Positions 47,906 to 52,831 of a stretch of 52,831 nt of DNA are shown here, piece by piece. Below the pieces are notes generated by a model. The model was not told where the DNA came from and made no database searches. It saw nothing but the letters and a program-made list of their open reading frames with translations. Made by a program: the position numbers and the translations under genes. How positions within the stretch are numbered: the first letter of the stretch is position 1; each line of letters opens with the position of its first letter. The DNA comes from a virus. Taxonomy: Duplodnaviria; Caudoviricetes. The stretch covers positions 1 to 52,831 of IMG/VR virus record IMGVR_UViG_3300025668_000001. The stretch is one strand, 5' to 3'.

Positions 47906-49591
47906 TTAAACCCCGCACGAACCTCCTGTTCCTGAGATGTCGCATATGTCGTGTGTCTCAACATGCTCGTCAAACTCTTCGCCTAGCTTTTCAACGGCCT
48001 CTGAATAGGGGACAGAGGTAAGAGGCTGACCGCCTCGGCTGCCGTCTGGATAACAGGTGAACCCTCGAAGGCGTGGAGCATACTTCGCTAGTGTCTGTGC
48101 GAACCTATCCACCGTACCCTCATTGTTGAGTTTAGACCCCCATGCAGGAAGGTTGATGGTGGATGAGATGGACATATCAACATAGTCTTGTACATCTGCT
48201 TGGAATGCCATTCGACGCTCGTAGTCGTCTGCTAAATCCAAAGCACTCTCAACATTATCAGGATGTGCGCCATATCTGTCGATTAGTTCCTGTGCAGCGG
48301 AGTCTACTACATACTGATATACCCAACGAGTGTTACCTTTGAGATAACGTCGCTTATACGCCACAGCAAAGATTGGCTCTACGCCTGTAGAAGTACCGGC
48401 AAGGATGCCAATAGATCCTGTTGGTGCAATAGCACGATTGGCCACTGGACGGCTGATACCAAACTCGTCCGCAGTTTCTCTAGATACTTTATCGCTGACG
48501 CCTTTATAGACCTGCAACCACGAGTGTAGTTCTGGAGTTACCTCGTACTTGGACCCACGCTGGATCAACCACTCGTGCATACCCATCAGGCCTAGACCCA
48601 AACGACGGTTCTTCTCACGAGTTTCGTATACCTTGTCGTAAGGCAGCTTGGCTTTAAGTGTGCCGCAGATAAGGAACTTAGTACCCAACGCAACGATGTC
48701 TGCCATCTCATCGATGTTCTCGATGCGGCCCATATTGATAGAGCCGAGGTTGCACACGTCACTATCATCTGCCGAGGTTACCTCAGTACAGGCGTTGCGC
48801 AGTGTGTCGTTCTCTTTATCAAAGAAGTTAAAGGAGAAACCCGGCTCGGCAGACTGCATAGCCTGACGGACGTTCTTCATAAACACTTCACCTACTTCAC
48901 CTGTCTTGTAATAGTTAAGCAGCCATTCAGTGTCGTAGTTCACAGAGATGTTGGTCATGTCCAACGGGGCAGGGAAATTAAAGTCTTCCTGCTTAATATC
49001 CCATAATGTCTTTCCTGTGCTACCCACAGGCATGTTGGCCCAATCTTTAGCACCTAGAAACTCGTGAATATCGCCGTGCTTCCAGTTGAGGCTGGCATAG
49101 ATAGCACTACGGCGTGATCCACCCTGCATCACACGGCGGCCAATCTCATTCAGCATATTCATTTTGGGGATAGGTCCGCTTGCCTGACCACCTGTTTTAG
49201 CGATAGGAGATCCGCTGGCACGGTAAACAGAATAGTCTACACCAATGCCGCCGCCTGTCATCAAGGCGCTCTCGGCTTTCCACGATAGGTTGGCCCAATC
49301 CTCACGGGTGTCTTCTTCCGCCTTCAGAAGATAACAGTTGTTGAAGAATTTGTTGGGCCGTCCTGCATAATAGAGATAACGGCCACCGGGAATGAATTTC
49401 ATCTCACGCACATACTGTGTGAGTTGATCAATTTCTTCTTGAGATAGAAACTCTCCGCAGACATCGTCAATCAATGTCTTAGCTAGTGCATCCCACGTTT
49501 CTGCACCTTCGTGCTTATACTTGTGGTTAAAGATGTCTTCACTAAATTTGGATCGAAACGCTGGATTAAGGTTGGATTTAAAACTGCTCAT
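47906..49591 (-). CDS. nrdJ: Ribonucleotide reductase, class II (B12-dependent)
   Basis: NNCY, NACTE, CNLGSIN, RRLGLG, IAPTG, SISST; no beta-subunit gene in the genome. Confidence 0.85.
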   Translation of the reverse strand: MSSFKSNLNPAFRSKFSEDIFNHKYKHEGAETWDALAKTLIDDVCGEFLSQEEIDQLTQYVREMKFIPGGRYLYYAGRPNKFFNNCYLLKAEEDTREDWANLSWKAESALMTGGGIGVDYSVYRASGSPIAKTGGQASGPIPKMNMLNEIGRRVMQGGSRRSAIYASLNWKHGDIHEFLGAKDWANMPVGSTGKTLWDIKQEDFNFPAPLDMTNISVNYDTEWLLNYYKTGEVGEVFMKNVRQAMQSAEPGFSFNFFDKENDTLRNACTEVTSADDSDVCNLGSINMGRIENIDEMADIVALGTKFLICGTLKAKLPYDKVYETREKNRRLGLGLMGMHEWLIQRGSKYEVTPELHSWLQVYKGVSDKVSRETADEFGISRPVANRAIAPTGSIGILAGTSTGVEPIFAVAYKRRYLKGNTRWVYQYVVDSAAQELIDRYGAHPDNVESALDLADDYERRMAFQADVQDYVDMSISSTINLPAWGSKLNNEGTVDRFAQTLAKYAPRLRGFTCYPDGSRGGQPLTSVPYSEAVEKLGEEFDEHVETHDICDISGTGGSCGV

Positions 49592-49601
49592 TTGAAGTGC
49601 C

Positions 49602-49928
49602 TCACCGATTATCGCCTGATCCTTGGATTACTCCACGGGCCAGTCTGCTATTTAATTTGTCTAGATTTTGTTGGGCTATTGTTTCCATACCGATGCCCAA
49701 GTCGGTACATAGGGCGGCTATATACCAAAGAACGTCACCTACTTCGTGGGAGATGGCTTCACGCTGCGTGGGGTCGAAGTGTCCGTTATTGTCACGCAAG
49801 ACCTTCTTGACCTTGCCAGCTACCTCACCTGCCTCTGAGAACAGCCCAAGTGCGGGGTACACGATTACATCTGCGTCGTTGTAGATGGCGGTCTTAGAGG
49901 CCTGTGTCTGATAGTCTTCAAACCTCAT
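49602..49928 (-). CDS. mazG: MazG-like nucleotide pyrophosphohydrolase
   Basis: LGLFSEAGEVAGKVKK...EVGDVLWY. Confidence 0.9.
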   Translation of the reverse strand: MRFEDYQTQASKTAIYNDADVIVYPALGLFSEAGEVAGKVKKVLRDNNGHFDPTQREAISHEVGDVLWYIAALCTDLGIGMETIAQQNLDKLNSRLARGVIQGSGDNR

Positions 49929-50208
49929 TAGAATTCTCCCCAATAGCCTCAATGATTTGATTGATGTACCATTTGGCCTTCTTGAGATCCTCGACTGCAT
50001 TGCCTTTGTAAGCATGACGCCACAAGTATTTCTGGGCATTGCCGTGGCAGTAGGATTTGAATCCCTCTTCGCCCAGTGCGTGATAGATTGCCTCAATGCA
50101 CTCGATGCCACTCTGGTTATAGTGGGGTGGATGATTGACCATATCTGACTGAGTTTCCCCGGTCAGAGTAAGTCCCGATAAATTTAATGTATGCCCATTG
50201 GTTTGCAT
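49918..50208 (-). CDS. DUF3310 (T7 gp1.7-like) protein
   Basis: VNHPPHY...IECIEAI...GNAQKYLWR...EDLKKAKWY. Confidence 0.9.
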   Translation of the reverse strand: MQTNGHTLNLSGLTLTGETQSDMVNHPPHYNQSGIECIEAIYHALGEEGFKSYCHGNAQKYLWRHAYKGNAVEDLKKAKWYINQIIEAIGENSNEV

Positions 50209-50217
50209 ATCTTCGCC

Positions 50218-50541
50218 TCAGTTTAGTTTGTTCTTGTTGAATGGGATGATCTTTTTGTTTGCCCGTGCCTCAAGCAGTTCTTCGTCTGGCTCGAATACCC
50301 ACTCTTCCTCTTCTTCACTCTCTTGGAGATCTCGAAGCATCCTTCCAATGACAGAAAAGTGGTCCATTGAAGTGTTGAGAGACAGGTTCAGGCCGTTCAG
50401 TAGGTCGATGAAGTACAGTGCCTTGTCTTCATCAAAGTCTTCAGAGAGGCTGTGCCCGTAGGCTACCTCTATTTCATCATCGTCCAATATTTTTAGACGT
50501 AGGAGTAAGGTGTTTTCCTCTAGGTCCGGGAAATTATCCAT
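50218..50541 (-). CDS. Hypothetical acidic protein
   Basis: ORF within the operon. Confidence 0.8.
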   Translation of the reverse strand: MDNFPDLEENTLLLRLKILDDDEIEVAYGHSLSEDFDEDKALYFIDLLNGLNLSLNTSMDHFSVIGRMLRDLQESEEEEEWVFEPDEELLEARANKKIIPFNKNKLN

Positions 50542-50887
50542 GTTGGCCCTTCATCATCTTAAAGAAATATTCTGCATCAATTACGGCTAGGGGCTTCTTC
50601 CTATCACCTTTGATAATTGCTACGGGTTCTGCCCCTTTGGGTGCGTTTACCTCGGCCTGTTCCATCACCTTGTAGACAGCGAAACTCTTGAAGGACTTGC
50701 ACTCGATGGAGAGCGGTAGAAGGCGTCTGGCAGCGGGACTAAGGACTATGTCTTCACCGCCAGCGCCCATTGATGTGGAGATAACATCCAGCGGCTCGAG
50801 TTTGGGAAAGGTCTCGTAGATCTTATCCCGCACCCACTGTTGGTGCTTTCTCCCTTTGGCCTTTGCAGAGCTAGTCTTGATTGCCAT
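50534..50887 (-). CDS. Holliday-junction resolvase-like endonuclease
   Basis: SAKAKGR...GEDI...SIECK. Confidence 0.8.
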   Translation of the reverse strand: MAIKTSSAKAKGRKHQQWVRDKIYETFPKLEPLDVISTSMGAGGEDIVLSPAARRLLPLSIECKSFKSFAVYKVMEQAEVNAPKGAEPVAIIKGDRKKPLAVIDAEYFFKMMKGQHG

Positions 50888-51767
50888 CGAGGACTTCACC
50901 TTCGTACTCAGTGTACCAGTAGTGTCTGGGGTTTTTGGCCTGAGACAGGGTCTGGGGAAGATGCTTGGCGTGTGGCCAGCATGACCCTAGATACGAACAG
51001 AACCCACACTGAGAAGGCAGACGCTTTGATCCAGTAGGTTGCTTACGGAACGTCTCGTCCTCTGGCTCGAAGCAACGCTTGAACTCACCGTCGATGTTCT
51101 CAATCTTGTCTTTGATTGAGTCTACGACTTGCTCTTGCCTTTCCTCACTCTGAGGACACTCGACGAACTTCACATGGCCGGACGATTTATCCACCACTAT
51201 CCATCCACCGGGCTGCTTCTGTTGGGCCATAGAGTAGACGTACAACTGGTTCACATAACCAAAGTCGTCACTCTTATCTAAACCCTCAAAGCCGTTGCTC
51301 CACTTGTGAGAGAAGGCCCACGGGCTGGCTGACTTTGTGTCCCAGACCTTATCGTCAATATCGATATCGGACTCGCCCTTAATGGACGTGCCTTCGATCT
51401 CTAACGTGACCTTGTCCTTACCGCCTGTGATGTTGAACTTGGCGGCACGAAGTAACACTTCGATGATACATTCAATAGCATCACCGTGCATCATCCGTAT
51501 TATGTGGTTGTAAGGCATCCGTGTCTTAGGCTTACCCATCTTCTCCATCTGTAACTGACAGAGAGGGCGGCCAGTGTTAGAACCACGAATGCGAAATGAT
51601 GGCTCTGGCTCACGCAATAGCTGCTTTGCCATAGCCTCTTTCCACATTTCACCAGCGTCATCGATGATCTTGAGGATCTCCGCCTTATTTTGGCGAAGAT
51701 CTTCGTTGTCATTGTTCGATAGGCGCTCGGTAAATTGCTGGAACTTAACCTCGTGCGGATGTTCCAT
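50871..51767 (-). CDS. PD-(D/E)xK exonuclease (Cas4-like)
   Basis: PLCQ...GESD...WDTKS...QLYVY...CGFCSYLGSC. Confidence 0.8.
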   Translation of the reverse strand: MEHPHEVKFQQFTERLSNNDNEDLRQNKAEILKIIDDAGEMWKEAMAKQLLREPEPSFRIRGSNTGRPLCQLQMEKMGKPKTRMPYNHIIRMMHGDAIECIIEVLLRAAKFNITGGKDKVTLEIEGTSIKGESDIDIDDKVWDTKSASPWAFSHKWSNGFEGLDKSDDFGYVNQLYVYSMAQQKQPGGWIVVDKSSGHVKFVECPQSEERQEQVVDSIKDKIENIDGEFKRCFEPEDETFRKQPTGSKRLPSQCGFCSYLGSCWPHAKHLPQTLSQAKNPRHYWYTEYEGEVLDGNQD

Positions 51768-52615
51768 TAGTCGTGATCGTCTTCGAGATCAGCGTCCAAG
51801 GCATTCATGGCTTCCATATCGATAGCATCAATACCACCTAGTGCAGCATTGTACTTCTGTTTGATCCTGTCGTTGTCTGACGAAATCATTTCAGCGAAGC
51901 GAAGCATGGTCTGGTAGGTGTCGTCGTCCAGAGGCACAGGATTTAGTAGGTCTGGCTCATAGTCGAAGGTATAGTATACCACAGATCCCATCTCTTGTTC
52001 AATTGATTTCACCGTCACCCAGAAGTCTTTAAAGTCACGGCCAGAGATTTTCTTGATCACCTGATCCTCGAAGGTCATGTAGTTGCCACGCTTGTTCATC
52101 AGGATCATAGGCTGGTTCTCAATGACCACCTCTTCACCCTCTGCGGTGACACCCTTGTAGGATACTAAACCACGAAGCTGGCGGAACAGATTGATGGTAG
52201 AGAACTTGGCCTTCTCTTCCTTACCCCAGTCTTCCATCTGCTTTGACGTAGGCTTACCACACCGAATGGTACCTAGTTCATCGATAGGCTCCATAGAGAA
52301 CCGTGGGATCATAATGGTACGGTTCCGAGGCTTCATCTCCTCTTCATCGAAGTCGATCCACTGAAAGACTTGGGACAGAACCCGGATCTTCACCTCTTCA
52401 GCGTAGACCTCTTTCTCCAAACCTTTGACGTAGAACATACCGATCTTGTCTTTGATCGAGCGGCCTTCTTTGTCCTTGCGTTGATAGTTGATTTTCAACT
52501 CAGGTAGACGGTTGGACGGCGCACGATCACCGCCGCCGATTGGGGCATCATTTAGGCCCAGAATTGCGTTAAGTTTTGCCATCTCTGCGGCGTTTGCTAC
52601 TGCTAAATCACCCAT
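51767..52615 (-). CDS. Putative single-stranded DNA-binding protein
   Basis: Located between polA and the exonuclease; acidic C-terminus. Confidence 0.55.
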   Translation of the reverse strand: MGDLAVANAAEMAKLNAILGLNDAPIGGGDRAPSNRLPELKINYQRKDKEGRSIKDKIGMFYVKGLEKEVYAEEVKIRVLSQVFQWIDFDEEEMKPRNRTIMIPRFSMEPIDELGTIRCGKPTSKQMEDWGKEEKAKFSTINLFRQLRGLVSYKGVTAEGEEVVIENQPMILMNKRGNYMTFEDQVIKKISGRDFKDFWVTVKSIEQEMGSVVYYTFDYEPDLLNPVPLDDDTYQTMLRFAEMISSDNDRIKQKYNAALGGIDAIDMEAMNALDADLEDDHD

Positions 52616-52663
52616 TGTGATCTCCTCTTCATTGGTGCGGCTAGGGTATAATAGTTAAGTGCG

Positions 52664-52831
52664 TCAGTCAACACTTAGTTCGGTCTGATCCATCCAATTT
52701 GGTCCGACAGAACCCTCTATATCCAGAGGTAGAACTGCTTCATAATTGAAGCGGTCTTTCATCTCATCAGTGACACCTGTCATGGCCCACTTCAGTGCTT
52801 TATTGACTGCATCCAGTTCGTCTGGGTGTAT
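52664..52831 (-). CDS. polA: C-terminal end of DNA polymerase A (continues from 1-2049)
   Basis: ...LPLDIEGSVGPNWMDQTELSVD*, in frame across the join. Confidence 0.93.
   Translation of the reverse strand: MHPDELDAVNKALKWAMTGVTDEMKDRFNYEAVLPLDIEGSVGPNWMDQTELSVD

Noticed and set aside
52733-52831. 99-bp end repeat as a biological direct terminal repeat
   Set aside because: It lies mid-polA and its length matches a typical assembler k-mer, so it is best read as a circularisation overlap

Overview
This window is a complete, circularly assembled ~52.7 kb temperate podovirus genome: bases 1-99 recur exactly at 52733-52831, so the unit length is 52,732 bp. It is HMO-2011-type (roseophage-like), based on a family A DNA polymerase with a DnaJ-like CxxCxGxG insertion that runs across the join. 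The host is probably an alphaproteobacterium (inferred from DUF1127, DUF2958, the endolysin architecture and class II RNR). Layout: a minus-strand replication/metabolism arm (47.0-52.8 kb continuing into 0-8.4 kb) with SSB, nucleases, MazG, NrdJ, PolA, helicase, primase, ThyX, a tyrosine integrase and a tRNA-fMet-like attP; a GC-rich plus-strand putative early island (8.5-13.3 kb); and a plus-strand packaging/structural/lysis arm (13.5-46.9 kb). The most notable signal is an apparent RNA-based regulatory layer. Two type II hammerhead ribozymes sit between early genes. Four early genes share a near-identical ribosome-binding leader. A promoter- and terminator-bounded small RNA about 35 kb away is antisense to that leader. 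There are two further candidate sRNA units and an unannotated DUF1127 small protein, and no CI-like repressor is recognisable. All assignments come from reading motifs by eye; no database searches or folding programs were run.
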